A DNA stretch of 64,000 nucleotides from an uncultured Gemmatimonadales bacterium (GCA_963701965.1 OY969695.1:992001-1056000), one strand, 5' to 3'. Positions 24,171 to 35,288 are shown, numbered from the stretch's first letter. Program-made: numbers and translations. The notes: generated by a model from the letters alone, not told the origin.

Positions 24171-24710
24171 CTAGGACGAGGGCGGCGTGTGCACCCACGT
24201 CATGCACACGATCGCCTCGGCGGGGATCGCCTGCACCTCCAGGCGGCCGCGTCGCACGGCGTACAGCGACGAGGGATCGACCAGACGCGCCTGCAACGTG
24301 TACCGGCCCGCCGGCCACCACAGCCAGCGGCGCAACGTCCCGGTCCGTGACACACAGGAGTCCGGCGGGCCATACCGCGCCGTCAGCTCGTCCTCCAAGG
24401 CCACGGTGGCGCCTTCCAGACTGTCCAGCGGGATCAAACGCTCCCATCCCGCGGCCACGACGCGGTGGCTCTTCTTGTCCCGATCGAGCAGCCACGTCGT
24501 GTCGCCGGTCTGCCGGAGACAGCGCTCGACCGACGGCCCGCTCTGCTCGTACAGCAATCCGGACTGACACACATATGCGGCACTGGGCGCCATGTAACGC
24601 GCCACCACACTGTCGGCTTCCGGCGCCGCGATCGTTACCGGACGCGGACCGTGACCGCCGCACGCGGTCGCTATCGCCAAGAGCGGGGCGAGAACCCACG
24701 GCCATCGCAT
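24171..24710 (-). CDS. Hypothetical lipoprotein
   Basis: Lipobox ATA-C; TAACGT 6 nt upstream of ATG. Confidence 0.65.
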   Translation of the reverse strand: MRWPWVLAPLLAIATACGGHGPRPVTIAAPEADSVVARYMAPSAAYVCQSGLLYEQSGPSVERCLRQTGDTTWLLDRDKKSHRVVAAGWERLIPLDSLEGATVALEDELTARYGPPDSCVSRTGTLRRWLWWPAGRYTLQARLVDPSSLYAVRRGRLEVQAIPAEAIVCMTWVHTPPSS

Positions 24711-24774
24711 GCCCGAACGTTAACGGGCGGTTCGACTTGCCGGAGGGCCAGCGTTCACGTACTCTAGCCAGGCC

Positions 24775-25638
24775 GTGACCATCCCCGAGAGTGGGCGCGC
24801 CGTGGGCGCGGTGATAGGCGGACGATACGTCATCGAGCAGGAGCTCGGGCGCGGCGGGGGGATGGCGACCGTCTACCACGCGTGGGATGGACGGCGGACG
24901 CGGGCCGTCGCCATCAAGTTCTTGGAAGCGCCCTACGCCGATCCGGTGGCGCTCCAGCGGTTCGCGCGCGAGATCGTCACGCTCTCGCAACTCGCCCACC
25001 CCCACATCCTTCCCCTGTACGATTCGGGACAAGATGCGGACGGCAGCTTGTTCTTCGTGATGCCGTACGTGGCCGGCGGATCCCTGCGCACGGTGATCGA
25101 GCGCGAGAAGCAGCTGCCCGTCGCCGACGTCCTGCGCATCGCGCGGCAGCTCGCGGACGCGCTGTCGTTCGCGCACGCCCGGGGATTCGTGCACCGCGAC
25201 ATCAAACCGGAGAACGTGCTGATGCAGGGCGACCAGGCGCTGCTGGCCGACTTCGGGATCGCGCAGGGCACCGGCGGCTCGCGCCTCACGACGACCGGCG
25301 TGATCATCGGCACCCCGGGATACATGAGCCCAGAGCAAGCCTACGGCGATCCCGTCGACGGCCGCAGCGATGTCTACGCGTTGGGCTGTGTGTTGTACGA
25401 GGCGTTGACGGGCGCGCCGCCCGGACGCGACGGCGGCAGCGGCGCGCGACGCTACTTCGGGCCCGCGGCGCCGATCCATCCGCAGCGGCGGGACGTGCCC
25501 GAGCACATCGAAGCCGCGATCCTCCGCGCGACGCGGGCGATGCCCGACGAACGGTTCGCCACGGCCGAGGATTTCGCGCGGGCCCTCGGCGAGCCCGCGA
25601 AGAAGCGCCGGCTCCCGTGGCCCGGAAAGCAACAATGA
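24775..25638 (+). CDS. Ser/Thr protein kinase (Hanks type), kinase domain only
   Basis: LGRGGGMATVY, VAIK, HRDIKPEN, DFG, GTPGYMSPEQ. Confidence 0.92.
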   Translation: MTIPESGRAVGAVIGGRYVIEQELGRGGGMATVYHAWDGRRTRAVAIKFLEAPYADPVALQRFAREIVTLSQLAHPHILPLYDSGQDADGSLFFVMPYVAGGSLRTVIEREKQLPVADVLRIARQLADALSFAHARGFVHRDIKPENVLMQGDQALLADFGIAQGTGGSRLTTTGVIIGTPGYMSPEQAYGDPVDGRSDVYALGCVLYEALTGAPPGRDGGSGARRYFGPAAPIHPQRRDVPEHIEAAILRATRAMPDERFATAEDFARALGEPAKKRRLPWPGKQQ

Positions 25639-25654
25639 CGATAGATTGTGCCGC

Positions 25655-27307
25655 ATGCTTCGGCTGACGGCACTCGGCGGGCTCACGCTCTTGCAGGACG
25701 GTCAGCCGCACCAGGGGCCGGCCAGCCAGCGGCGGCGGCTCGCTTTGTTGGCCCGCATCGCCACCTCCGGCAAGCGCGGCGTCACGCGCGACTTGCTCGT
25801 CTCCACGCTTTGGCCCGGCAGCGCCGCCGACCAGGCGCGCCACGCGTTGGAACAAGCGTTGTCCGCGACGCGCCGCGCCCTGAACGTCGAAGCGCTGTTC
25901 GTCGGCTCGGGCACGCTCCAGCTGAACACGTCGATCTTCAGTTGTGACGTCACTGATTTCGAGGAATCCGTCAGCCAGCGCGCCGCCTATCGGGCCGTCT
26001 CGCTCTATCAGGGCCCGTTTCTCGATGGATTCGCCGTCGACGGCGCGCCGGCGTTCGACCGCTGGATCGACGAGGAACGCGCCCGCCTCCAACGCGAGTA
26101 CGAGAAAGCGCTCGACGTGCTCGCCGAGGCGGCCGCCGACCGCAATGAGCACTCGGTCGCCGTGCAATGGCGACGCCGGCTGGCATCGGTGGATCCGCTC
26201 AGCTCCCGCTTCGCCCTGGAGTTGATCGAGTCGATGATCGCCGCCGGCGATCAAGCGGGCGCGCTCCGGTCGGCGCTCGTTCATGAAGAGCTGATCCGCC
26301 AGGAGTTGGACGCGCCGCCGGACCCGGCGATCAGTGGATGGATCGACCGGCTCCGCTCGGGGCGCGTCCCGATGCCCGCGCCGCGCACGCAACGGAAAAG
26401 CAGCGTCGCTCCCGTGGCGCCGTCGATCGCCGCGACGGCGTCCCTGCCGGAGGCCGTGACGGCGGACCAGTACCGCGACCGCGTCACCCGCGTGCTCGGC
26501 GACCGGTACGCGATCGAGCGGACTGTGGCCATTTCCACCGTGCTGGTGACCTTCGGCGCCAAAGACCGCCGGCGCTCGCGGCCGGTGCACATCCACGTGG
26601 TGGCGCCGGGGTTCGCGGCGCTGGCCGACGGCGAACGCATGGTCCACGTGTTCGAGCGCGTGACCACCCTCGATGATCAGCACGTGATGCCGATCATCGA
26701 CTTCGGGGTCTCGGGCGACGTGGTGTACTACACGACGGATCCCGCGGAGGGGCAGACGCTCAAGGATCGCCTGGCGCGCGAGCGGCCGCTCCCGATCGGT
26801 GAGGCGGCGCGGATTGCCAATGACCTGGTGGCGGGCCTGGCGCACGCGCATAGCCGCGGGGTCCGCCACGGCGACCTGCGGCCCAAACACGTCGTCCTCC
26901 AGGGCGCGATCGCGGTCGTCACGTCCTGGGCGCTCACCGACGCCCTCCGGCCGAGGCCGGGCTCGGACGCCGGCTCCACGATCGCAAGCTTCGGTGCCCC
27001 GGCCTATCTCAGTCCCGAACAACTCTCGGGAGAGTCGGCGTCCGACGAACGGAGCGACCTCTACAGCCTGGGCTGCATTCTTTATGAGACGCTCGTCGGC
27101 GAACCGCCGTTCCGCGCGGCGACCGCGCAGGGCGTCCTGTCGCGCAAGCTGAGCGAGCCGCCGCCGTCGCCGCGGACCCTGCGTCCGGAGATTCCCGAGG
27201 CGCTGGACACGCTCGTGCGGCGCTGCCTGGCGCGCCACCCGGCCAATCGCATCCAGAGCGCCGCCGAAGCGCGGGCGATCACGTCGACGTTGCGCGCGAC
27301 GCTCTAG
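25655..27307 (+). CDS. SARP/BTAD regulator fused to degenerate Ser/Thr kinase domain
   Basis: N-terminal wHTH+BTAD (LYQGPFLDGF, FDRW, DPLS); C-terminal HGDLRPKH, YLSPEQ, SDLYSLG; DFG absent. Confidence 0.85.
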   Translation: MLRLTALGGLTLLQDGQPHQGPASQRRRLALLARIATSGKRGVTRDLLVSTLWPGSAADQARHALEQALSATRRALNVEALFVGSGTLQLNTSIFSCDVTDFEESVSQRAAYRAVSLYQGPFLDGFAVDGAPAFDRWIDEERARLQREYEKALDVLAEAAADRNEHSVAVQWRRRLASVDPLSSRFALELIESMIAAGDQAGALRSALVHEELIRQELDAPPDPAISGWIDRLRSGRVPMPAPRTQRKSSVAPVAPSIAATASLPEAVTADQYRDRVTRVLGDRYAIERTVAISTVLVTFGAKDRRRSRPVHIHVVAPGFAALADGERMVHVFERVTTLDDQHVMPIIDFGVSGDVVYYTTDPAEGQTLKDRLARERPLPIGEAARIANDLVAGLAHAHSRGVRHGDLRPKHVVLQGAIAVVTSWALTDALRPRPGSDAGSTIASFGAPAYLSPEQLSGESASDERSDLYSLGCILYETLVGEPPFRAATAQGVLSRKLSEPPPSPRTLRPEIPEALDTLVRRCLARHPANRIQSAAEARAITSTLRATL

Positions 27308-27322
27308 GGCCGCTCGCGGACG

Positions 27323-28042
27323 ATGGCATCGGTCAGCGTTCTCGCGATCGCCGCGCACCGCGATGACATCGAGCTGACGTGCGGCGGCACGCTGCTCCGC
27401 GCGGCGGCGTTCGGGCATACGACGGCGATCGTCGATCTCACCGAAGGCGAGTTGGGCACCCGGGGATCGGCCGCGCTGCGCGCCGAGGAGGCGAGCCGGG
27501 CCGCCGAAGTCCTGGGCGTCTCGGCGCGGGAGAACCTCCGGCTGCCCGACGGCGCGATCGTGAACACGCCGGAGACCCGCGTCGCGCTGGTGCGGGCCAT
27601 CCGCCGGTTCGCGCCGAGGGTGGTCATCGCCCCGGCGTTGCGCGGGCGGCATCCGGACCATCGGGCGACGGCGGAGTTGGTGCGGGACGCCTGCTTTCTG
27701 GCGGGACTGGCCAAGCTGGATCCCGGCACGCCCAAGCACCGCCCGGTCAAACTGATCCACTGCATCACCTATCGCGACGACTTCGAGAAGCCGACGTTCG
27801 TCGTCGACGTCAGTGACGTCTTCGAGCGGAAGATCGAGGCCGTGCGGTGCTACGCATCACAATTCGAGGGCGTGACGCAAGCCGGCGAGGTCCTGCCCAA
27901 CGGCGAGCCGCTGCTCGATATCGTGCGCCACCAGGCGGCGCACTATGGCGCGCTGATCCGGACGCGCTACGGCGAGCCGTTCTGGACGTCGGAGACCATG
28001 CGCGTGGACGACGTGGCCACGCTCGGCGTGTCGACGTTCTGA
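27323..28042 (+). CDS. bshB1: Bacillithiol biosynthesis deacetylase BshB1-like (PIG-L family)
   Basis: AHRDDIELTCGGT, DLTEGELGTRG, RHPDH, LAGLAK, PTFVVDVS. Confidence 0.75.
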   Translation: MASVSVLAIAAHRDDIELTCGGTLLRAAAFGHTTAIVDLTEGELGTRGSAALRAEEASRAAEVLGVSARENLRLPDGAIVNTPETRVALVRAIRRFAPRVVIAPALRGRHPDHRATAELVRDACFLAGLAKLDPGTPKHRPVKLIHCITYRDDFEKPTFVVDVSDVFERKIEAVRCYASQFEGVTQAGEVLPNGEPLLDIVRHQAAHYGALIRTRYGEPFWTSETMRVDDVATLGVSTF

Positions 28043-28058
28043 GTTATATTTTTCCGGT

Positions 28059-29222
28059 ATGCCGGATCCCATCTATCTCGACCACGCGGCCACGACGCCG
28101 GTGCGCGCGGAGGTCCTCGAAGCCATGCTGCCGTTCTACGGCCCGCGCTTCGGGAATCCGTCGAGTCTCCATCGCTGGGGACGCGACGCGCGCGTCGCGC
28201 TCGATGAGGCGCGCGAACGCGTCGCCCACTGCCTCGGCGCCCACACGGACGAGATCAGCTTCGTCTCCGGAGGGACCGAAGGCGACAACCTGGCCATCCT
28301 GGGGACCTGGCACGCCGCGCGCGGCGGGAACCGCACCGCGATTGTCACCACGCCGATCGAGCACAAGGCGGTCCTCGGCGCCGTGCACCAGGCGGCCCGC
28401 GAGGGCGCCCAGGAGCGCTTCGTAGCGGTTGATGGCGACGGGGTGGTGCGCGCCGACGAGTTCGAGCGCCAGGTCGGCGCCGACGTCGCGCTGTGCTCGA
28501 TCATGTGGGTCAACAACGAGGTCGGTACCATCCAGCCGATCGGCGCCTTGGCGGAAGTGGCGCGCGAGCGGGGCGCGGTCTTTCACACGGACGCGGTGCA
28601 GGCGTTCGGGACGATCGCCATCGATGCGGCGAGCCAGCCGTTCGACTTGCTGACAATGTCGGGGCACAAGATCGGCGCGCCAAAGGGGATCGGGGCGCTC
28701 TTTGTCCGGCGCGGCACGCGCATCGAGTCCATCCTGCACGGCGGCACGCAGGACCGCGGACGCCGGCCGGGCACCGAGAACGTGGCGTCGGCCGTGGGCC
28801 TCGCCCGGGCCGCCGAGCTGGTGGTCGCCGAGCGCTCGGCGGAACGCGAGCGGCTGCGGCGGCTGCGGGACACCCTGGAGGCGGTGCTGCGCGAGCGCAT
28901 CGGGGACATCGTGGTCCACGGGCGTGGCGCCGCCCGGGCGCCGCACATCGTCATGGTGTCAGTGCCAGGCACCGACAGCGAGTCCCTGCTCATGGCGCTC
29001 GACCTGGCGGGCATCGCCGTCTCGGCGGGGTCGGCGTGCCAGAGCGGATCGGAGGCGCCCTCGCACGTCCTCGGCGCCCTCGGCGTCCGACCCGAGGTCG
29101 CGGCTTCGGCGGTGCGGCTCAGCATCGGGTGCCTGACGGACGACCTGGCGATCGAGCGCGTCGGCACGATCTTCCCCGCGCTCATCGAGAAGGCGCGGCG
29201 TTTGTCCGCGGCCGGACACTAG
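28059..29222 (+). CDS. iscS: Cysteine desulfurase (IscS/NifS type)
   Basis: IYLDHAATTP, GNPSS, HTDAVQ, SGHKIG, GSACQS; adjacent to mnmA. Confidence 0.9.
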   Translation: MPDPIYLDHAATTPVRAEVLEAMLPFYGPRFGNPSSLHRWGRDARVALDEARERVAHCLGAHTDEISFVSGGTEGDNLAILGTWHAARGGNRTAIVTTPIEHKAVLGAVHQAAREGAQERFVAVDGDGVVRADEFERQVGADVALCSIMWVNNEVGTIQPIGALAEVARERGAVFHTDAVQAFGTIAIDAASQPFDLLTMSGHKIGAPKGIGALFVRRGTRIESILHGGTQDRGRRPGTENVASAVGLARAAELVVAERSAERERLRRLRDTLEAVLRERIGDIVVHGRGAARAPHIVMVSVPGTDSESLLMALDLAGIAVSAGSACQSGSEAPSHVLGALGVRPEVAASAVRLSIGCLTDDLAIERVGTIFPALIEKARRLSAAGH

Positions 29223-29231
29223 CCTCGGGTG

Positions 29232-30323
29232 ATGTCGCGGCGCGTGTTGGTGGCCATGTCGGGCGGGGTGGATTCGTCCGTCGCCGCGGCGTTGCTCGTC
29301 GAACAAGGGTACGACGTCATCGGCGCGACGATGAAGTTGTTCTGCTACGGCGACGCGACGCCGGACCGGCCGTGCTGCTCCCTCGACTCCATTGACGACG
29401 CGCGCCGCGTCGCCGCGCGGCTGGGCATCCCCCACTACGTCCTGCAGCTCGAGGACGCGTTCGGACGCGACGTCGTCGGGAATTTCGTCGACGAGTACGC
29501 GCGCGGCCGTACGCCGATTCCCTGCGTCCGGTGCAACACGTTCACGAAGTTCCGGGATCTCCTGGCCAAGGCGGACGCGCTCGACGCCGCGTTCATCGCC
29601 ACGGGGCACTATGCGCGGGCCGACCACGGCGTGCTCCGCCGTGGGTTGGATCCGCGCAAGGACCAGTCCTACTTCCTGTGGGGGCTGGATCGTACGGTCG
29701 TTGCCCGCATGTTGCTGCCCGTCGGGGCGTTGACCAAGCCCGAGACGCGCGCCCGCGCGCGTGGCCTGGGCCTGGATGTGGTGGCGGACAAGATCGAGAG
29801 CCAGGACATCTGCTTTGTGCCCGATGGGGATCATACCAAGATCATCGCCGCGCGCCTCGGCGCTGACGCGCCGGCCTTGTCGCGGGGGCCGTTCGTCACG
29901 GCCGACGGCACGGTCGTCGGGTGGCATGAGGGGTACGCGCGGTACACCGTCGGCCAGCGGCGCGGCGTGCCCGGCGGATATCGCGAGCCCATGTACGTCA
30001 CCGCCATCCGGGCCGGCGAGCGCGCCGTCGTCATCGGCCCACGCGACGAGTTGCTCGGGCGCGGTGTGATCGCGCGGGAGATGAACTGGCTCGTCGAGCC
30101 GCGGGCCGTCGGCGATGCCGTCCTGGTCCAGGTCCGCCATCGCGCGACCCCGGTGCGCGCCGAGATCGTCCGCGTGGACGGTCCTGAGATCGAGCTGGCG
30201 CTCAATGAGGCGATCGCCGCCATCGCGCCCGGGCAGTCGCTCGTGCTCTACGACGGCGACGTGGTGCTCGGCGGTGGGGTCATCGAAGGCGCGCGGAGCG
30301 CCCTGCCCGTTCTCGCCGCCTAG
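29232..30323 (+). CDS. mnmA: tRNA 2-thiouridylase MnmA
   Basis: [40 protein letters not shown]. Confidence 0.96.
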   Translation: MSRRVLVAMSGGVDSSVAAALLVEQGYDVIGATMKLFCYGDATPDRPCCSLDSIDDARRVAARLGIPHYVLQLEDAFGRDVVGNFVDEYARGRTPIPCVRCNTFTKFRDLLAKADALDAAFIATGHYARADHGVLRRGLDPRKDQSYFLWGLDRTVVARMLLPVGALTKPETRARARGLGLDVVADKIESQDICFVPDGDHTKIIAARLGADAPALSRGPFVTADGTVVGWHEGYARYTVGQRRGVPGGYREPMYVTAIRAGERAVVIGPRDELLGRGVIAREMNWLVEPRAVGDAVLVQVRHRATPVRAEIVRVDGPEIELALNEAIAAIAPGQSLVLYDGDVVLGGGVIEGARSALPVLAA

Positions 30324-30334
30324 CTCATCTGTGA

Positions 30335-31468
30335 CTAGTACTTGAGGCCCCCAGCCTCGGCGAACTCCCGCATCATCTTTTCCTGCTCCTCGGTCAGCTT
30401 CTCCGGCACGTTGATCGTGACTTCCACGATCAGGTCACCGCGCGCACTGTCCTTGGCGATCCCCTGCCCCGGCACGCGAAATCGCTTGCCGGACGGAGTC
30501 CCCGCGGGAATCCGGATGGCGACCTTCTTGTTGTCCAACGTCCGCACCGAGATCTTCGACCCCAACGTCGCTTGCGCGATGTTGAGCGGCACATGGGCGA
30601 TGATGTCGAGTCCATCGCGACGATAAAAGCGATCGGGCTGCACTTGGAAAGTGATGAGCAGGTCGCCAGCCGAGGCGCCTTCGGACCCGCCACCGCCTTG
30701 GCCACGCAGGCGGATCTTGGTTCCCGTGTCGACGCCGGCGGGAACAGTGATCAAGACCTTCTTGCGACTCCGCACCTCGCCCACGCCGTTGCACGTCGGA
30801 CAGGGCGTACTCGGCACCTGTCCGCGCCCCAAGCACATTGGACACGGCCGCGTGACCGCGAAGCCGCCTTGCCCGAACGAGACCACGCCTCGGCCGTCGC
30901 ACTCGGGACACGTCTTGAACGATGCCCCGGGCGCGCCGCCGGATCCGCGGCAGGTGGGGCACGGCTCATTCACTTCCAGCTCGATCGGAATCTTCCCACC
31001 CAACGCCGCGGTCCGGAACGGGATGTCGAGCGTCGTCTCGACCGTCTGTCCGCGCTGCGGCCCGCTCTCCCGGCCAGCACCGCGCGCCCCGTTGCCGCCG
31101 AACATCGAGCTGAAGAGATCGCCGAGCCCGCCAAACCCGCCGACGTCGAACTCGTCGAACCGGGGCTGGGCCTCAGGCCGCGCGCGCGAGCCCGCGCCTC
31201 CCCGGCGCGCCGAGTGCGCCGCGTCCGCGAACCCGCCAAACGCCCCGAGACGCCGCATCTCGTCATACTGCTTTCGCTTGTCGGCGTCGCCAATGACGTT
31301 GTACGCCTCGGAGATCTCCTTGAAGCGTTCGGCCGCCTTGGGATCGCTCTGGTTCGCGTCCGGGTGGTTCTTCTTGGCCAGCTTGCGATACTGCTTTTTG
31401 ATATCGTCTTGCGTGGCGGACGCGGCGACGCCGAGGACTGCGTAATAGTCCTTGGTCTGTGGCGCCAT
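30335..31468 (-). CDS. dnaJ: Chaperone DnaJ
   Basis: J domain with HPD; G/F region; four CxxCxGxG repeats. Confidence 0.95.
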   Translation of the reverse strand: MAPQTKDYYAVLGVAASATQDDIKKQYRKLAKKNHPDANQSDPKAAERFKEISEAYNVIGDADKRKQYDEMRRLGAFGGFADAAHSARRGGAGSRARPEAQPRFDEFDVGGFGGLGDLFSSMFGGNGARGAGRESGPQRGQTVETTLDIPFRTAALGGKIPIELEVNEPCPTCRGSGGAPGASFKTCPECDGRGVVSFGQGGFAVTRPCPMCLGRGQVPSTPCPTCNGVGEVRSRKKVLITVPAGVDTGTKIRLRGQGGGGSEGASAGDLLITFQVQPDRFYRRDGLDIIAHVPLNIAQATLGSKISVRTLDNKKVAIRIPAGTPSGKRFRVPGQGIAKDSARGDLIVEVTINVPEKLTEEQEKMMREFAEAGGLKY

Positions 31469-31475
31469 ACTCAGG

Positions 31476-32018
31476 TCAACCGTTCCACTGCTTCACGACC
31501 ACGCGCGCCGGACGCAGCAGCTGTCCGTTGAAGACGTACCCTGGCTGATAGACGCGGGCGACGACGTGGTCGTCCTCGGGAGACAACGCCGGCTCCGTCC
31601 CCACCGCTTCGTGGAGCGACGGGTCGAAGGCCTGGTCGAGCGGGATGATGATGGCCATGCCCGCATTCTGGAGCGCCTTGAGGAGCTTGCGCTCGGCGAT
31701 CTCGGCGCCGTGGATCACCGTGCCCACATCGACCGTCGCCGGATCGACATGCGCGGCTCGCGCGAGATCGTCGAGTCCGTCGACGAGCTGCTTCGCCAGG
31801 TCGGCCTGCGACCGGGTGCGATCCTCGGAGCGTTCGCGCTGCGTGCGCTTACGATAGTTGTCGTATTCGGCGGCGAGCCGCAGGTACTTGTCCTTTTGCT
31901 CTTGCAACTCGTCGACCTCCGCGGCCGATGCGCCGCGGGCGAACTCGTCCTCGGAACCAGGCACGCCTTCGTTGCGGGACTCGTCGGGAGCGCCGTCTGC
32001 TTGTCCAGAAAATCCCAT
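31476..32018 (-). CDS. grpE: Nucleotide exchange factor GrpE
   Basis: [37 protein letters not shown]; start inferred at ATG 32018. Confidence 0.93.
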   Translation of the reverse strand: MGFSGQADGAPDESRNEGVPGSEDEFARGASAAEVDELQEQKDKYLRLAAEYDNYRKRTQRERSEDRTRSQADLAKQLVDGLDDLARAAHVDPATVDVGTVIHGAEIAERKLLKALQNAGMAIIIPLDQAFDPSLHEAVGTEPALSPEDDHVVARVYQPGYVFNGQLLRPARVVVKQWNG

Positions 32019-32095
32019 AATCTCAAAATGTCGGTGGTTACGGGAAGGGGTGCAACGCCCGTGCCCCGGTTCGACTGCCGTCGCGGCAGAGTCGG

Positions 32096-33337
32096 TTACG
32101 TCAGCTGCCGGCGTATCATGTCGAGCGCCGCCTGAGTGGCACGATAGCGGTTTTCGTCGCGGTCGCCGAAGAAATGCGAGCGGCGGCTTTCGGTGGGCCA
32201 CGGGCCCGCGACGGCAATGCAGGTCGTGCCGACGGGCTTGTCGGGCGTTGCCCCGCCCGGCCCGGAGATGCCGGTCACCCCGATGCCGATCGAGGCGCCG
32301 ATGCGATCGCGCGCACCCTCGGCCATCGCCCGGGCCACCGTCTCGCTGACCGCGCCGTCGCGCGCGATGAGTCCGGGCTCCACGCCAAGCTCTTTGGTCT
32401 TGACGTCGTTCGCATACGCGATGACCCCGCCCAGCACCACGTCGCTGGACCCCGGAATCGCCGTGAGCCGGGAGCCCAACATCCCACCGGTGCAGCTCTC
32501 ACCCACCGCGATGGTCAGGCTTCGTTCGCGGCACAGTTCGAGCACGACCGCGGCCAGATCGTCGCGATCGCCGCCATAGGCGTAGCGTCCGGCGCAGGCG
32601 CGGAGCGCGGCGCCGCCCGCGGCGAGCGCGTGATCCGCGTCGGCGGCGGAGAGGCCTATAGCCGTGAGACGCAGGTCGACTCCGTCGGGACCCGGCAGGT
32701 AGGCGAGCGGCAACCCACCGACGCCATGGGCGATCGGGCCCAACATCTCGGCCAGCTTGGACTCGGCGATGCCCGTCGTGCGCACCGTCGTCGAACGCAC
32801 GACCGTGTCGCCGTCGATCCGGGGGCGCAGCACGGGGATCAGCGCGTCGTCCAGCATGCCCCGCATCTCCCGCGGCACCCCGGGCAGCATCGCCACCCAG
32901 CGGCCCCGTTCGTCCTCGAGCCAGATGCCGGGCGCCGAGCCGTGGCGATTGACGAGAATCGTGGCGCCTTCGGGTATCATGGCCTGCTGGCGGTTCGGTG
33001 CCGGCAGCGGCGCCGCGAAGCGCGCCGCCCAGCGCTCGGTCAACCGGGCCAGGATCTCTTCGTCGAGCCGCATCGGGCGACCAAAGATCGCGGCGATGGC
33101 CTCTTTGGTCCGGTCATCGCTCGTGGGCCCGAGACCACCGGTGGTGATGACGGCGCCCGTCCGATCCAACGCATCGCGCACGGCGGCCGCGATCGCGTCC
33201 GGCTCGTCGCCGGCGGTCGTGCGGCGCGGGATGGAGACCCCAATGGCCGCCAGGTGTCGCGCCAGGTACGCCGCGTTCGTGTCGACCGTAAATCCGAGCA
33301 GCAGCTCGTCGCCGATCGTGACCAGTTCAACGCGCAC
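32096..33337 (-). CDS. cinA: Competence/damage-inducible protein CinA (NMN deamidase)
   Basis: IGDELLLG, TGGLGPTSDD, ESCTGG, GISGPGG. Confidence 0.93.
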   Translation of the reverse strand: MRVELVTIGDELLLGFTVDTNAAYLARHLAAIGVSIPRRTTAGDEPDAIAAAVRDALDRTGAVITTGGLGPTSDDRTKEAIAAIFGRPMRLDEEILARLTERWAARFAAPLPAPNRQQAMIPEGATILVNRHGSAPGIWLEDERGRWVAMLPGVPREMRGMLDDALIPVLRPRIDGDTVVRSTTVRTTGIAESKLAEMLGPIAHGVGGLPLAYLPGPDGVDLRLTAIGLSAADADHALAAGGAALRACAGRYAYGGDRDDLAAVVLELCRERSLTIAVGESCTGGMLGSRLTAIPGSSDVVLGGVIAYANDVKTKELGVEPGLIARDGAVSETVARAMAEGARDRIGASIGIGVTGISGPGGATPDKPVGTTCIAVAGPWPTESRRSHFFGDRDENRYRATQAALDMIRRQLT

Positions 33338-33347
33338 GGCCGACGGG

Positions 33348-34052
33348 TCAGGGCGCCTGGCGGGCGTCAGCGCGCGGTCGCGCGAGGACGGCGCCGTAGC
33401 GGCCCAAATACAGGCCGAAAGAGTAGAGCGAGAGCGCGACGGCGCCGAGAAGGGCGCCGGTGCCGACGATCCCGATGAAGTCGGAGGCGGGCGTGACGAA
33501 CACCGGCGGCAGCGACCAGGCGCCGAAGGCGCTCGTGGCGAAGAACCAGAAGAGGGCGGAGCCGATCCACGTCCACTGGAATCCCGTCTTCCATTTGGCC
33601 AATGCGATCGCCGAGACGACGATCCCGCGTCGGAGCGCGGCTTGGCGGAACAGTGTCATGAGCAGCTCGCGCCCCAGGATCACGGCGACGACCCAGAACG
33701 GCAATGGCACATCGCCGAACGGCGTATGAAATGGCTCCGGGAGGAGGCCCAGGAACCCGGCGCTAGCCGTGAAGTTCCCCAGCACATCGTGGGCCCGCCC
33801 CTGGAGGATGTAGATCGGGGTGACCGTGGCCGCCAGCAGCAACTTGTCCGCCAGGGGATCGAGCAGGCGACCCAGGTTGGTAACCATGTTCCGTTCGCGC
33901 GCCAGCTTCCCATCAATGTAGTCCGTGACGGCGGCGACGACGAACATCACGAACGCGACGAGGCGCAGCGGCCAGGATGGCCACAGGGCGAGCAACGCGA
34001 CCGCCGGCGCGGCGACGATACGCCCGACGGTGATCGCGTTCGGTAGGTTCAC
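33348..34052 (-). CDS. pgsA: CDP-alcohol phosphatidyltransferase (PgsA-like)
   Basis: MNLPNAIT, TDYIDGKLAR, LLDPLADK. Confidence 0.88.
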   Translation of the reverse strand: MNLPNAITVGRIVAAPAVALLALWPSWPLRLVAFVMFVVAAVTDYIDGKLARERNMVTNLGRLLDPLADKLLLAATVTPIYILQGRAHDVLGNFTASAGFLGLLPEPFHTPFGDVPLPFWVVAVILGRELLMTLFRQAALRRGIVVSAIALAKWKTGFQWTWIGSALFWFFATSAFGAWSLPPVFVTPASDFIGIVGTGALLGAVALSLYSFGLYLGRYGAVLARPRADARQAP

Positions 34053-34097
34053 AAGTCACCTCATGAGGAGCGCGGTGCGCTCACCGGCGGCCGCCCG

Positions 34098-34775
34098 TTA
34101 CGCGAGCGACTTGAGCACCAGCTTGCTGACCGCCTTGAGCGTGTCGAAGACCCCATCGCCACTGACTGCGACGGCCTCGAAATATGGCGCCCGCTCCACC
34201 CATTCCCCAGTAGGCAGCTGCTCAATCAGGTTTTCACCCGCATGACTCGGGTCCGGCATGACACGCTGGCGCGTCGCGTCCTCGACCTCCCATCCCGGGT
34301 TGAGGGACGCTTGGAGGTCACAAATGGCGGCGGCGTTGGGCAGATCGCGCTTGTTGTACTGGACGATGAACGGCATGCGCCGGAGATCGTATCCGTACTC
34401 CGCCATATTGTCGTACAGGTTCTGCATCGCTTCCTGGTTCGCTTCCATGCGCTCGATCTGCGAGTCGGCCACGAAAACGATCCCGTCGACGCCCTTGAGA
34501 ATCAGCTTGCGGCTGGCGTTGTAGTAGACCTGTCCCGGGACCGTGTACAGGTGGAAGCGGGTCTTGAACCCGCGGATGGTCCCCAGATCGACCGGCAAGA
34601 AGTCAAAGAAGAGCGTCCGTTCCGTCTCGGTCGCCAGCGAGATGAGCTTGCCGCGCGTCTCGGGCTGCACTTTGGCGTAGACGTGCTCGAGGTTCGACGT
34701 CTTGCCGCCGAGTCCCGGCCCGTAGTACACGATTTTGCAGTTGATCTCGCGCGAGGCGTAGTTGATCATCGACAT
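34098..34775 (-). CDS. mglA: MglA small GTPase with ~30-aa insertion
   Basis: [43 protein letters not shown]. Confidence 0.95.
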   Translation of the reverse strand: MSMINYASREINCKIVYYGPGLGGKTSNLEHVYAKVQPETRGKLISLATETERTLFFDFLPVDLGTIRGFKTRFHLYTVPGQVYYNASRKLILKGVDGIVFVADSQIERMEANQEAMQNLYDNMAEYGYDLRRMPFIVQYNKRDLPNAAAICDLQASLNPGWEVEDATRQRVMPDPSHAGENLIEQLPTGEWVERAPYFEAVAVSGDGVFDTLKAVSKLVLKSLA

Positions 34776-34787
34776 GACTGTCGCCCC

Positions 34788-35279
34788 TTACTGAAACAGT
34801 CTGTCAATCTCGTCATCCGCGCCCGAGAGGATGTTGGGTTGTTCCCCCCCCTCGGCAGTCTGTCCGCGCGCGAACACGTGCTCGAACAACTTCGTCAGGT
34901 CATCGACCGCGGTTTTCATTTTCAGGCGCACAAGACCGAGCGTCGTGCGGTTGTCGAACAGCACGACCAGAATGACCCGTCGGGCCACGTCGGCGAGGTA
35001 CATCGACTCTTTCTCGCCCTGGTGAAAGAGCGTGTTGAAGTCGGTCTCCCCGATCAGCCGCGCCAGTTGATCATTGGCCGAGAAGTCCGCCGCGGTCAGC
35101 GTGGCGAAGGCGGTGGGGTCGAACGTCGGCTGTTCGCCGACCGTCGTCACCAGCTGGCCCGTGCGGTCGACCAGGAGGGCACATCGGGCGTTGCTCTCGT
35201 AGAGGAACCGGTGGAGGGCTTGGGTGATGGCCCCGTAGTCATCTTCCGTGAACGACCAGCTTGCTGAGCCGACAGCCAT
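34788..35279 (-). CDS. mglB: MglB roadblock/LC7 protein (MglA GAP)
   Basis: LVDRTGQL, LFHQGEKESMY, FDNRTTLGLVRL, DDEIDRLF; GGAG RBS before ATG 35279. Confidence 0.93.
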   Translation of the reverse strand: MAVGSASWSFTEDDYGAITQALHRFLYESNARCALLVDRTGQLVTTVGEQPTFDPTAFATLTAADFSANDQLARLIGETDFNTLFHQGEKESMYLADVARRVILVVLFDNRTTLGLVRLKMKTAVDDLTKLFEHVFARGQTAEGGEQPNILSGADDEIDRLFQ

Positions 35280-35288
35280 TGACTCCAC

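Noticed and set aside
30335..32018. grpE-dnaJ without adjacent dnaK or hrcA
   Set aside because: Split chaperone operons are common; dnaK is probably elsewhere, and no CIRCE element was seen.
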